Source: Patescibacteria group bacterium (GTDB lineage: Bacteria > Patescibacteriota > Patescibacteriia > UBA1558 > GWA2-36-10). From it: a stretch of DNA of 64,000 bases. Where the stretch lies: contig JBAYIQ010000001.1 in assembly GCA_041665545.1 (NCBI GenBank), positions 44 through 64,043 on the forward strand. The letters are read 5' to 3'. The stretch's first letter is position 1. Each line of letters opens with the position of its first letter. Position numbers and translations under genes: made by a program. Positions 20,013-30,634 of the stretch are shown one piece after another. The notes beneath the pieces were generated by a model, which made no database searches, was not told where the DNA came from, and saw only the letters and a list, made by a program, of their open reading frames with translations.

Positions 20013-21467
20013 ATGGAGCAAAGCCGAAATATGACCAGTGGCCAAAAAATCACCTCAAATACCAGCTGGTATTTGTTAGCTCTGATTTTCCAAAAAATAT
20101 TATCTTTTGCCTATTTTACAATCTTGGCCAGATTCTTGGGACCAAATGATTATGGGCAATACCAATTAGCGCTTAATTTTGCCTTGATGCTTTCGGTTCT
20201 GGCTGATTTGGGTTTGTCAGCTGTCTTGATTCGAGAAACCGCCAGAAAGCAAATTGACCAGAAGCAACTTTTTCGTCAAATATTTTCTCTCAAATTATTA
20301 TTGAGCATTTTGTCATTGGCTATTATCATAATTTGTAATCTGCTACTTTATGCCAACAACCCAGTGCGTCCCCTTATTTTTTTAACTGGCTTTATAGTTA
20401 TTATTGATAGTTTTACTTTATTGTTTTATGGTTTTTTACGCGGTCAGCAAAATTTGTATTACGAATCAATTGGCACAATAGTTTTCCAAGTTATTATTTT
20501 GACTCTGGGCTTGATCTTGATGCAGTTTAATCGTGATCCGTTTTTCTTTATTATAGTGGTACTTTTGGCTAGCAGTTTTAATTTTTTATATTCTCTGATT
20601 TTAATCAATAAGAAATATCAGGTTAAATTGGGTTGGTATTTTGATAAAAAATTAGTGCGCAGTATTTTTTTTATAGCTTGGCCTTTTGCTTTGTCAGCTT
20701 TGTTTGCTAAGATTTATGCTTACATTGATGGTTTGATTTTAGAGCAGATGCAAGGCGCTTCCCAAATGGGCTTGTATAGCGTGGCCTACAAAATAACTTT
20801 TGCTTTTCAATTTATACCTTTAGCTTTTGTGGCCGCTCTTTATCCGGCTTTTTCTCATTATTGGCAGAATGACAAAAGTCAGTTAGAAAACACTTTGCTC
20901 AGGGCCATAAATTATTTGGGTTATATTGCTTTACCAATTTCCGCTGGTGTTATGTGTCTGGCACCAAATATTATTAGTCAGCTTTATACTAGCAATTATA
21001 GTGGTTCAAGTTTACCTTTACAGATTTTGATTGCTAGTTTGCCATTTTTATTTATCAATTTTGCTTTGTCGTATTTTTTGAATGCTACCGATCGCCAGCG
21101 CACCAACACTTTTAATTTGGGTTTGGTAATGATCTTGAATGTTGTTTTAAATGTTGTGCTTATTCCCCAGTGGTCCACTTTGGGAGCCAGTTTAGCGTCC
21201 ACTATTAGCACTATTAGCTTATTCTGTCTGAATTTAACTGCGGTCTACAAGGTGACGCAAATTAAACTGAGAGATTGGTGGCCCCTGCTTAGGGCTATTA
21301 TGGCTAGTTTATTGATGGCTTTAGTAGTAATTTTCTTGGCTAAAATATTAAATATTTGGCTGTGTATGATTTTTGGCTTTTTGGTGTATTTTGGCTTTTT
21401 AATATTATTTAAAAATTTGGGAAAAGAGGATTATTTTTATATTAGACGGGCTTTAAAAAAGAGTTAA
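20013..21467 (+). CDS. Wzx-type polysaccharide flippase
   Basis: Multi-TM; ARFLGP..YG, DLGL, GLYSVAYK. Confidence 0.88.
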   Translation: MEQSRNMTSGQKITSNTSWYLLALIFQKILSFAYFTILARFLGPNDYGQYQLALNFALMLSVLADLGLSAVLIRETARKQIDQKQLFRQIFSLKLLLSILSLAIIIICNLLLYANNPVRPLIFLTGFIVIIDSFTLLFYGFLRGQQNLYYESIGTIVFQVIILTLGLILMQFNRDPFFFIIVVLLASSFNFLYSLILINKKYQVKLGWYFDKKLVRSIFFIAWPFALSALFAKIYAYIDGLILEQMQGASQMGLYSVAYKITFAFQFIPLAFVAALYPAFSHYWQNDKSQLENTLLRAINYLGYIALPISAGVMCLAPNIISQLYTSNYSGSSLPLQILIASLPFLFINFALSYFLNATDRQRTNTFNLGLVMILNVVLNVVLIPQWSTLGASLASTISTISLFCLNLTAVYKVTQIKLRDWWPLLRAIMASLLMALVVIFLAKILNIWLCMIFGFLVYFGFLILFKNLGKEDYFYIRRALKKS

Positions 21468-21468
21468 A

Positions 21469-22560
21469 ATGAAAAAAGTTTTAGTGCTTACTCATGAATA
21501 TTTTCCCTTTGCTGGTGGTGTGGCCATGTATTGTTATAATTTATTCAAAAATTTTCCAGCCGAAAATTATCTGGTCGCCAGTGATTGTCCAGAACTAAAA
21601 AATCAAAATAATAATGTTAAGATAAAATTAGTATCTTCCTATCTTTGGCCACACTGGTTACCGGGTTTATGGGCTGTTGTTCGATTAGTCAGAAAAAATA
21701 AAATTAAGGTAATTTTTACACCAAATATTTTACCTTTGGGATCCATAGCTTATATAATAAAAAAAATATTCGGTATACCTTATGTCATTTCTTTGCATGG
21801 TTTGGATATTAACTTAGCTTTACAGAACAAACCAACTTGGACCAAGAAAATATTGCAATCAGCCCAAGCGATTGTTTGCAATACCCAATATACTTCCGGA
21901 TTGATCAAAGACTTAGTTCCAGTTGATAAGGTCAGCGTTATTTATCCAAACATTAGTATTAATTCAGAAAAGATTTCGGCAGAGCAAATAAAGTCAATAA
22001 AAGAAAAATATCAAGTTGGTAGCGCCAAAGTGATTTTGACTGTTGGCAGATTAGTAGAGAGAAAAGGGCACGCTTTAGTGATTGAGGCCTTGAAAAACTT
22101 AGCGGATTTGGATTGTAAATATTGGATAGTGGGTGATGGCCCCAATAGAGCTAATTTGGAAAAACAAGTTATGAATAATAATTTGTCAGACAAAGTATTT
22201 TTTTTGGGGAGAGTGGATACCGAACAATTACCATTGTTCTATCAAGCGGCAGATTTGTTTGTCATGCCCAATCAAGAGCTGGGTAGTGATGTCGAGGGCT
22301 TCGGTATGGTTTTTTTGGAAGCGGCTACCTTTGGCTTGCCGATTATTGCTGGGTTTAGCGGTGGTGTCAAAGAAATATTTACAGGCAATGGAGATGTTTG
22401 CTACGCTGATAACACCCAAGATATTGCTCTAGCTATTAGAGATTTATTGACTGATGAAAAAAAGGCAGCTAGTTATGGTCAGCAAGCATATTTAATCAGT
22501 GAAAAGTTTAAAAACAAACAAGCCGAAAGTATTAAGTTATTAGAAAAGATTTTAAGTTAA
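21469..22560 (+). CDS. GT4 glycosyltransferase
   Basis: VGRL..RKG, EGFGMVFLEA. Confidence 0.9.
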   Translation: MKKVLVLTHEYFPFAGGVAMYCYNLFKNFPAENYLVASDCPELKNQNNNVKIKLVSSYLWPHWLPGLWAVVRLVRKNKIKVIFTPNILPLGSIAYIIKKIFGIPYVISLHGLDINLALQNKPTWTKKILQSAQAIVCNTQYTSGLIKDLVPVDKVSVIYPNISINSEKISAEQIKSIKEKYQVGSAKVILTVGRLVERKGHALVIEALKNLADLDCKYWIVGDGPNRANLEKQVMNNNLSDKVFFLGRVDTEQLPLFYQAADLFVMPNQELGSDVEGFGMVFLEAATFGLPIIAGFSGGVKEIFTGNGDVCYADNTQDIALAIRDLLTDEKKAASYGQQAYLISEKFKNKQAESIKLLEKILS

Positions 22561-22566
22561 AAAAAT

Positions 22567-23736
22567 ATGACACAGTATGATGTAATCATGTTTGGCATGT
22601 CAAACTATTCCGAGTGGGATAGAGGAGTGTCCAATCGCAATTATCATGTTTTGAAAGAATTGCTTAACAAGCCCGAAGTCAACAAGGTTTTGTACGTTGA
22701 TTATTTGCCTTTGACTTGGAAAAGAGCTCTGCGTATTTTGAAGCAAGATATTTTTGTTGATTTGAAAAATTCGCAAGTAGTTAGTCGTGGTGCCACTTTC
22801 AAAGTTTCCAAGTTGTCAGAAAAATTGTTTGTTTACACTGATATTAGTTTTGTTTTTTCTCCCATGCTGACTATCAACAACATAAAAAAACTTTCCTTAA
22901 AATTAAATTTTGGTGATTTAGTTTTGTGGTCGCTTAATCCATTTATTGCTCCTTTTTGGCAAAAATTTGGTGCTAAGCTAGTGGTTTTTGACGCAGTGGA
23001 TAATTGGCTTTCCCACTCATCCTATACTAAACTACAAGCTAGATTAAAAAAATGTTACGATTTGGTAAAAAGCGAAGCTGATATTATTTTCACGGTTTCC
23101 AAAAATCTGCTTAATTTTTTTGAAGATCAGCCCAATGTGCATTGGATTCCCAATGGTGTAGATTTTATTCATTACAATAAGCAATACACCCTAGTCAATA
23201 GAGATATTTCCGATATAAAGAAACCAATCATTGGTTACATTGGAATTATTCAGGAAAAAGTTGATTTGGATCTTGTTCATTATCTGGCTGAAAAAAACCC
23301 AGACAAGTCTATTGTTTTGGTTGGTCCGATTTGGGATGAGCAGACTTTGCAAAAAAAAGAACTTAGTAGCTACCAAAATATTTATTGGCTTGGTCACAAG
23401 TCATATGAAGAAGCGCCAATGTATATTCAGCAATTTACCATTGGTATTGTGCCACATCGAGCCAATGAATTCAGCGCCAGCACCAATCCCATGAAAGTCT
23501 ATGAGTATTTGGCTTGTGGCAAACCAGTAGTATCGACAGAAAATGTTGGTACGGAAAATATGAATGACGTAATAAAAGTAGCTAGTGGCTATGAGGATTT
23601 CAATCAGCAAGTAAACTTGGAATTAAAAAACGACTCAAGCGAGAAGATTGTTTTACGCCAAGAATTTGCCAAAAAATATTCATGGTACAATACCGTGGAA
23701 AAAATGCTTGATATTATTAATAAAAAATTAATTTAA
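22567..23736 (+). CDS. GT-B glycosyltransferase (TuaH-like)
   Basis: IPNGVD, P.KVYEYLACGKPVV. Confidence 0.85.
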   Translation: MTQYDVIMFGMSNYSEWDRGVSNRNYHVLKELLNKPEVNKVLYVDYLPLTWKRALRILKQDIFVDLKNSQVVSRGATFKVSKLSEKLFVYTDISFVFSPMLTINNIKKLSLKLNFGDLVLWSLNPFIAPFWQKFGAKLVVFDAVDNWLSHSSYTKLQARLKKCYDLVKSEADIIFTVSKNLLNFFEDQPNVHWIPNGVDFIHYNKQYTLVNRDISDIKKPIIGYIGIIQEKVDLDLVHYLAEKNPDKSIVLVGPIWDEQTLQKKELSSYQNIYWLGHKSYEEAPMYIQQFTIGIVPHRANEFSASTNPMKVYEYLACGKPVVSTENVGTENMNDVIKVASGYEDFNQQVNLELKNDSSEKIVLRQEFAKKYSWYNTVEKMLDIINKKLI

Positions 23737-23738
23737 AT

Positions 23739-24605
23739 ATGAACCCAAAAGTATCAGTAGTCATAGTTCATTGGCGAGTGCGAAAATTGCTGGAGCAATG
23801 TTTGCGTAGCATTTATAAACAAATAGATCCCGAAGAAGTGGAGGTGATTGTGGTTGACAATGATTCTCAGGACGGCACTTCGGAAATGCTAATGGTGGAG
23901 TTTCCCAAAGTAAAGACCATTGCCTTGTCACAAAACAAGGGCTTTGCCTATGCTAATAATTTAGGAATAAAAATCGCGCATGGTCAGCTTATATTTTTGT
24001 TAAATCCCGATACTGTCATTGGTGATGGTTTTTTTGTCAAGAGCATGAAGTATATGGCTGAAAATCAAGGTGTGGCTATTGTCGGCCCATTATTGCTAAA
24101 TAAAGATGCTAGCGTGCAAGAATCAGTCAGGCGTTTTCCTGATTGGCGTTCGCATATTTTGATTTTATTAAAACTAAAAAACATTATTCCCCAGCAAAAA
24201 TTTTTAGCACATTATTTATATCCGGAGTTTGATTATCAGCGTGAAGCGGCTGTTGAACAGATAATGGGCGCGGCCATGATAATAAGACGCAGTGTTTTTG
24301 ACCAAATAGGTTTATTTGATCAGGGTTATTTTATTTGGTTTGAGGAAGTGGATTTTTGCCAGCGAGCTAGGAAGCATGGTTTGAGTATAAAATTTGTGCC
24401 AGATTTTTCAGTCACTCATTATGGAGGCGCCAGTTTTGAACAAGCCCCAACTGTGCACAAGCAAATGATGTTTAACCGCAGTTTGCTGCGTTATTTTTTC
24501 AAACACCAGCCCTGGTGGCAAAGCATGGTTTTGATGATAATCTTGCCCATTAATTTATTATTAACGGCTTTGTATGCTCTCTTTTTACGAATTAGAGAAC
24601 AATAA
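23739..24605 (+). CDS. GT2 glycosyltransferase
   Basis: VVDNDSQDG, LNPD, FEEVD. Confidence 0.9.
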   Translation: MNPKVSVVIVHWRVRKLLEQCLRSIYKQIDPEEVEVIVVDNDSQDGTSEMLMVEFPKVKTIALSQNKGFAYANNLGIKIAHGQLIFLLNPDTVIGDGFFVKSMKYMAENQGVAIVGPLLLNKDASVQESVRRFPDWRSHILILLKLKNIIPQQKFLAHYLYPEFDYQREAAVEQIMGAAMIIRRSVFDQIGLFDQGYFIWFEEVDFCQRARKHGLSIKFVPDFSVTHYGGASFEQAPTVHKQMMFNRSLLRYFFKHQPWWQSMVLMIILPINLLLTALYALFLRIREQ

Positions 24606-26034
24606 ACCCATTTTATTTTGGAGCGGTATTTTAATTTTTTTAGAATTGCTCTCTGGCTTAGCTTGGTTTTATAATCCTTTGGCCATTGTTTTTTTTATTG
24701 TGCTGACCGGGATTTTAATTTTTGCTTATCGTCAAAATAAATCCTGGCTAGTATTATTACCACTTCTTGAATTGTTTTGGGGTAGTATGGGGCGCAGTAT
24801 AGAATATGGTTTTTTTAGTTTGCGCTGGTTGATTTTTATTATCACCATTTTATTTTTTTTAATAGCTAATTTTGGAAAATATAAAAGTTTAAAAATATTT
24901 CAAAATCAGGCAATAGGCAGAATTTTTGTAATCTACATCTGCTTGATGATTTTTTTGGTACTGCTAGCCATAATCAATCGTCATTCACTCAGTAATATTT
25001 TCTTTGACGCTAATGCTTATTTATTTTTCTTATATCTGCCAATTTGGCTGGAGTATTATGATGGCAGTGTTTTCAAGAAAATAGTAAATATTTTATTAGC
25101 TAGTTGTTTGGTGATCGCTGTCAAAACTATTATTGTTTTTTATTTATTTACGCAAAGTAGTTTTGATTTAGTGGGCTTATACAAATGGGTTAGAGACACT
25201 AGAACCGGAGAAATTACTAGATTAGACAATGGTTTTGCTCGGATTTTTTTTCAGTCACAAATATATTTACTATTGGCTTGGTCAATTATTTTTGATCGAG
25301 TCATAAAGTATCGCCCACGGGGCGACCGCCCTCCCCTCGGGTCCGAGCCTCGGGGTCGAGGACTGGACGGCAAATTAAACGCCAAAAAGTTTTTTTATTT
25401 AGTGATTTTGTCCACCGCTATTTATATTTCTTTGTCTAGAAGTTTATGGCTGGGCTTATTGCTGATTATCATTACTTTATTAATTTTAAATAAAAAAATC
25501 TTAGTAAGTTTAAGGTATTTGTTTTTTATTGGCCTAACAACTTATGCTTTAGTAGTAGTATTATTTAATATTCCAAAATATCACCAGATAAATTTATTGA
25601 ATAATCGTAGTTTGAGCAGTCAAGAAGCCGCCTTGTCCACCCGGACATTATTATTGCCGGTGATGTTGGACTCTATTTATGACAGCCCGATTATTGGTCA
25701 TGGTTTTGGGCAGGAGCTGACTTTTTTGAGCAATGATCCGCGTAGCAAAAATGCCCAAAATCCGAACGGGCAGAGGACCACTTTTTCTTTTGAATGGGGT
25801 TGGCTTGATTTTATGCTCAAAGGAGGCCTGCTATTGCCCCTATTCTTCGTTTATAGCTTAGTTTATATTATTAGGGCACTTTATGTTATAATTAGGTCAA
25901 AGCCCGAATTTATTGCCTGGTTGGCCATGTTTTTGGCCCTGCCCTTAATTCATGTTTTTACGCCTTATCTCAACCATCCTTTGGGCCTGGGTTTACTGAT
26001 TTTGGGGCTTATCAACACAAAAAATTATGTCTAA
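24574..26034 (+). CDS. O-antigen ligase/Wzy-like membrane protein
   Basis: Multi-TM; SLSRS.W, PIIGHGFG; located in the GT cluster. Confidence 0.75.
   Translation: MLSFYELENNKPILFWSGILIFLELLSGLAWFYNPLAIVFFIVLTGILIFAYRQNKSWLVLLPLLELFWGSMGRSIEYGFFSLRWLIFIITILFFLIANFGKYKSLKIFQNQAIGRIFVIYICLMIFLVLLAIINRHSLSNIFFDANAYLFFLYLPIWLEYYDGSVFKKIVNILLASCLVIAVKTIIVFYLFTQSSFDLVGLYKWVRDTRTGEITRLDNGFARIFFQSQIYLLLAWSIIFDRVIKYRPRGDRPPLGSEPRGRGLDGKLNAKKFFYLVILSTAIYISLSRSLWLGLLLIIITLLILNKKILVSLRYLFFIGLTTYALVVVLFNIPKYHQINLLNNRSLSSQEAALSTRTLLLPVMLDSIYDSPIIGHGFGQELTFLSNDPRSKNAQNPNGQRTTFSFEWGWLDFMLKGGLLLPLFFVYSLVYIIRALYVIIRSKPEFIAWLAMFLALPLIHVFTPYLNHPLGLGLLILGLINTKNYV
25311..25370. repeat. GC-rich palindromic element in frame within the ligase gene
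   Basis: tcgccc-acg-gggcga hairpin and ctcggggtc motif shared with 34115-34140. Confidence 0.7.
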
Positions 26035-27037
26035 AATAGCGGCCAAAAATATTTCAGTCACTGTCTGTTTGCTGACCTGGAATGGCGAAAAATATTTGCC
26101 CATGTTTTTGAATAGTTTGTTGGAGCAAACATTTAAAAATTGGGAACTTTTGGTTTTGGATAATGCTTCGGCTGATAACTCCGTGGCAGTGGTTAGCGAG
26201 TATTATCCGCCAGCCAAAATTATCCGCCAAAAACAAAATGTTGGTTTTGCCAAAGGTAATAATTTGTTAATCAAATGGTCAAAGTCAGATTATGTTTTGG
26301 TGGTCAATCAAGACGTTGTTTTGGATAAAAATTATTTGCAAGTTCTGGTGGATTTTATGAGTAAGCACAAACAGGCCGGAAGCGTAGCTGGTAAATTGTA
26401 CTATTGGGATTATGATAATAATTTGATGACTGAGACAGTTGATTCGTTTGGTTTAAAGATTGATCGTCGGCGGGCAGTGGTTGATTACTTACAGGGTCAA
26501 GACAATCCACCAATGGAAACTCAAGAAGTATTTGGTTTGTCAGGGGCGGTCGTTATGTATCGTCGCCAGGCCTTGGAGTCTATAAAATACCGTATCCAAG
26601 ATGATGATTATGAATACTTTGATGAAGACTTTTTTGCCTACAAGGAAGATGTAGATATTGCTTGGCGACTGCGCTTGTGGGCTTGGGAAAATTGGCTAGT
26701 GGCCGATACACGGGCTCACCACCATCGTAGTGTGGCTTCTGGACTGGCTTTAAAAAAGCGCAGTCAGAATCGTGGTTTTGTAAATAAATTATCCTATCGC
26801 AATCAATGGTGGTTATTATTTAAAAATTCGTTTGTTAAGGATCTTATTCATGATAGTCGCTTTATTTTTTGGTACGAGTTTAAGAAATTAATTTATTTAA
26901 TTATTTTTGAAAGGTCAACATTGACTGCTTGGTCAGATTTTTTCAAATATTATTCCAAAATGGCTAAAAAAAGAAAATACATCATGTCCAATTATCAAGC
27001 TAAAGCAGAAAGCATAAACAAATGGTTTTATCGATAG
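26027..27037 (+). CDS. GT2 glycosyltransferase
   Basis: LDNASAD, NQD, YKEDVD. Confidence 0.9.
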   Translation: MSKIAAKNISVTVCLLTWNGEKYLPMFLNSLLEQTFKNWELLVLDNASADNSVAVVSEYYPPAKIIRQKQNVGFAKGNNLLIKWSKSDYVLVVNQDVVLDKNYLQVLVDFMSKHKQAGSVAGKLYYWDYDNNLMTETVDSFGLKIDRRRAVVDYLQGQDNPPMETQEVFGLSGAVVMYRRQALESIKYRIQDDDYEYFDEDFFAYKEDVDIAWRLRLWAWENWLVADTRAHHHRSVASGLALKKRSQNRGFVNKLSYRNQWWLLFKNSFVKDLIHDSRFIFWYEFKKLIYLIIFERSTLTAWSDFFKYYSKMAKKRKYIMSNYQAKAESINKWFYR

Positions 27038-27828
27038 TAATTTTAAATTATAAAACAAAAAATTTAAGCAAGGAATTACTAAAAAACTTGCTTGATTTAA
27101 AATTGCCCTTTGAGCACGAGATTATTGTAGTTGACAATGCTTCTTATGACGGCTTAGACTCTATTATCAAGGAAAAATTTCCCAGCGTCAAATTTATCCA
27201 AAGCCAAAAAAATGGCGGTTTTGCCTATGGCAATAATTTGGGCATCAAGCAGGCAGTAGGGCAATATATAATGATCTGCAATCCTGATCTGGCTATACTA
27301 AGCGAGGCGGCAAGCCAGATGGTTGACTATATGGAGGCCAATCCTAGTGTGGGCTTGGCTGGCCCGCGCTTAATCAACGCCGACAAGAGCATTCAATATT
27401 CTTGCACAAATTTTCCTGATTGGCATTTACCAATATATAGACGCACTATGTTTAGCGAAAGCAAGGCCGGACAAACTTGGCTAGATAAATATTTATTGAA
27501 AAATTTAGATCACAATCAAAATTTTTTTGTGCCAGCTTTGTTTGGCGCTTGTTTGATTGTCAGGCGTTCCGCCATCGAAACGGTTGGGCTTTTGGATGAG
27601 CGCTATTTTATGTACATGGAAGATCTTGACTGGTCTAGGCGTTTTTGGGACAAGGGTTTTAAGGTGGCTTATATTGGCACAGCCGAAGTAATTCATCTGC
27701 ATCGCCGGCAATCAGCCGCTGATAATCTGCCCAAATCAATTTTTAGCCGCTCAGCTCGTAATCATATTATTAGTTTTATCAAATATTTACAGAAATTTCG
27801 TGGCCAGGGCTTGCCAAAAGTTGGCTAA
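27022..27828 (+). CDS. GT2 glycosyltransferase
   Basis: VVDNASYDG, NPD, YMEDLD. Confidence 0.9.
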   Translation: MVLSIVILNYKTKNLSKELLKNLLDLKLPFEHEIIVVDNASYDGLDSIIKEKFPSVKFIQSQKNGGFAYGNNLGIKQAVGQYIMICNPDLAILSEAASQMVDYMEANPSVGLAGPRLINADKSIQYSCTNFPDWHLPIYRRTMFSESKAGQTWLDKYLLKNLDHNQNFFVPALFGACLIVRRSAIETVGLLDERYFMYMEDLDWSRRFWDKGFKVAYIGTAEVIHLHRRQSAADNLPKSIFSRSARNHIISFIKYLQKFRGQGLPKVG

Positions 27829-27892
27829 AATTGCTTATTTTCTTGATTTATTAGCTAAAATTAGATAAAATACATTGTATAAATGACTTATT

Positions 27893-29383
27893 ATGTTAGA
27901 AAATAAAATGGACCAAAACAATATCAATGACGAGCAACAACAACGCTTAAGAAAGCTTGGTCTTTTTAAAGAAAAGGGGATTGATGCTTATCCAAGTAAA
28001 AACCAGCAATATGTTTCAATTGCTGAGTTTTTAAAGAATTACAAAACTTGGGTAAGGGCTAAAAAATCTTTGAAAATGGCCGGACGCATCAGAACACTGC
28101 GTTTGCAAGGCGGTTCTTGTTTTTTGCAATTTACGGATCACAGTGGTAGTTTACAAGCTTTTGTTCGGAAAGATAATTTGGGCGAGGATGCTTATCAGCT
28201 ATTTAAAAATGGCTTGGATGCTGGAGATATTGTGGAATTTTCTGGTTCGGCTTTTATTACCAAAACCCACGAGCCCACTATTTTAGTGAAAAAATTTGCG
28301 CTATTAAGCAAGGCCTTGTTGCCAATTCCTGACGCCTATTATGGCTTGAAAGATCCGGATACTAGATTTAGGCGCCGCTATCTTGATTTATTGACCAACC
28401 CAGAAATCAAAAAAATATTTTTATTACGCAGTGAGGTGATAAAATTTACGCGGCGTTATTTTGAAGAAGCTGGTTTTATTGAAGTCGACACTCCAGTTTT
28501 GCAAACCGTGGCCGGTGGAGCGGCCGCTACGCCTTTTGTCACTCACCACAAGTCATTAGACATTGATTTATATTTGCGAGTAGCGCCCGAGCTTTATCTC
28601 AAGCGTCTGATTATCGGTGGCTATGACAAAGTATTTGAGCTGGCGCGTTGTTTTCGTAATGAAGGCATTGACCACCAACATAATCCGGAGTTTACCCAGT
28701 TGGAAGCTTATTGGTCTTATCAAGACTATCAGGGCCTGATGAAGTGGATGGAAAAATTTTATGCTCAATTGGTCAAGAGCATAAGTAAGAGCTATGTGAT
28801 AAAAAACGGCAATGATAAATTAAACTTTAAACCACCCTTTAAGGTTTTGGACTTTAAGAAAGCTTTGGAAAAAGAAATCAAAGTAGATTTGGAAAAAACT
28901 AGCACCAGCCAACTCATCCAACTTGGTCAGCAAGCGGGCTTGACCATGGACAAAAATTGGGGCAGAGGCAAGGTCTTAGACGAGCTGTACAAAAAATTTG
29001 TACGCAAAACTATTATTCAACCGACCTTTATTATTCATCACCCCATCGAGCTTTCACCACTAGCCAAGCGCTTGCCCGACAAGGCAAATTACGTTGAACG
29101 TTTTCAGTTAGTAGTCAAAGGAGCGGAATTATGCAATGCTTTTTCCGAGTTGAGTGACCCACTGGATCAAGAGAAAAGATTCAAAGAGCAAACTCTGCTA
29201 AAAGACAAGGGAGACAGTGAAGCTTTTGAAGCCGACGTTGATTTTGTGGAAGCTTTGAAATACGGATTGCCACCCACAGCGGGCTTGGGGTTAGGTATTG
29301 ATCGCTTGGTTATGGTTTTGGGTAATGTTGATAATATAAAAGAAGTTATCATGTTTCCCACTATGCGTCCTAAAAAAGATTAA
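27893..29383 (+). CDS. lysS: Lysine--tRNA ligase (class II)
   Basis: YLRVAPELYLKRL, FRNEG, GLGIDRL. Confidence 0.96.
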   Translation: MLENKMDQNNINDEQQQRLRKLGLFKEKGIDAYPSKNQQYVSIAEFLKNYKTWVRAKKSLKMAGRIRTLRLQGGSCFLQFTDHSGSLQAFVRKDNLGEDAYQLFKNGLDAGDIVEFSGSAFITKTHEPTILVKKFALLSKALLPIPDAYYGLKDPDTRFRRRYLDLLTNPEIKKIFLLRSEVIKFTRRYFEEAGFIEVDTPVLQTVAGGAAATPFVTHHKSLDIDLYLRVAPELYLKRLIIGGYDKVFELARCFRNEGIDHQHNPEFTQLEAYWSYQDYQGLMKWMEKFYAQLVKSISKSYVIKNGNDKLNFKPPFKVLDFKKALEKEIKVDLEKTSTSQLIQLGQQAGLTMDKNWGRGKVLDELYKKFVRKTIIQPTFIIHHPIELSPLAKRLPDKANYVERFQLVVKGAELCNAFSELSDPLDQEKRFKEQTLLKDKGDSEAFEADVDFVEALKYGLPPTAGLGLGIDRLVMVLGNVDNIKEVIMFPTMRPKKD

Positions 29384-29392
29384 AACAATTTT

Positions 29393-30634
29393 ATGATAGA
29401 TCCAAAATTTATAAAAGAAAACAAAGCCAAAGTCTTGGCCAACAACAAAAGCCGGGGAGTGTCTGTTGATTTGGACAAACTTTTGCGTCTTTATGATCAG
29501 CGCAATGAACAGCAGGCCGAGATAGAGCAGAAAAGAAATACCAGAAATAAAAATTCTAAAACCAAACCAACGCCAGAAATTATTGAACAAATGAAAACTT
29601 TGGGTGAGGAGCTAAATAATTTGGAGATGAATATCCGAGTTACTGAAGACGAGCTCAATAATTTGCTTTATCAGTTACCGAATATGAACTGGACAGACAC
29701 TCCTATTGGCGCTTCAGATCAGGACAATAAGATAATCAAGACAGTCGGGGAAATGCCCGAGTTTGATTTTATGGCCTTGGATCATAGTGAGCTTGGCCTA
29801 CGTCTTGATTTGATTGACGCCGAAAAGGGGACAGCTTTATCAGGCAATAGATTTTGGTACTTGAAAAATGAACTAGTTGATTTGGAAATGGCGCTTATTC
29901 ATTTTGCTTGGAAAAAAATGCGTCAAGCGGGTTTTAGCCCCATGGCTGTGCCTCATTTGGTCAGAGAAAGAGCTATGTTTGGTACGGGTTTTTTCCCAGC
30001 GGAAATGAACGAAGTTTACAAAGTAAATCCCGGAGAAGATGATTTATTTTTAATCGGTACAGCCGAAGTGCCTTTGATAAATTATCATGCTGATGAGGTA
30101 CTTGATTTGAGTAAAGCCAAAAAGTATTTTGCTTTTACTCCAGCTTATAGGCGAGAAGCGGGTAGCTATGGCCAAGACACCAAAGGCATACTTCGGGGCC
30201 ATCAGTTTGATAAAATTGAGATGGTGATTTTTTGTGAGCCAGCGCAGTCGGAAAGTATGCACCAAGAAATATTGAGCTTAGAGGAGAGTATTTATCAGGC
30301 CTTAGAATTGCCCTATCACGTGGTCAATATTTGCACTGGCGATTTGGGTGCGGTCGCAGCCAAAAAGTATGATTTGGAAGCTTGGATGCCCGGACAAAAT
30401 AAATACCGAGAAATTACTTCCTGTACCAATGCCACTGACTATCAGTCTAGGCGTCTAAATATCAAGTATATTAAAGACGGCAAAAAAGAACTTTGCCACA
30501 CGCTCAATGGCACAGTAATAGCTTTGGGTAGGGTCATGATTGCTATTATGGAAAATTACCAAACCAAAGATGGCAGTATAAGGATGCCCAAAGTACTACA
30601 CGAGTATTTAGACTTCAAAGAAATAAAAAAATAA
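29393..30634 (+). CDS. serS: Serine--tRNA ligase
   Basis: GTAEVP, RREAG, HQFDKIE, HTLNGT. Confidence 0.96.
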   Translation: MIDPKFIKENKAKVLANNKSRGVSVDLDKLLRLYDQRNEQQAEIEQKRNTRNKNSKTKPTPEIIEQMKTLGEELNNLEMNIRVTEDELNNLLYQLPNMNWTDTPIGASDQDNKIIKTVGEMPEFDFMALDHSELGLRLDLIDAEKGTALSGNRFWYLKNELVDLEMALIHFAWKKMRQAGFSPMAVPHLVRERAMFGTGFFPAEMNEVYKVNPGEDDLFLIGTAEVPLINYHADEVLDLSKAKKYFAFTPAYRREAGSYGQDTKGILRGHQFDKIEMVIFCEPAQSESMHQEILSLEESIYQALELPYHVVNICTGDLGAVAAKKYDLEAWMPGQNKYREITSCTNATDYQSRRLNIKYIKDGKKELCHTLNGTVIALGRVMIAIMENYQTKDGSIRMPKVLHEYLDFKEIKK

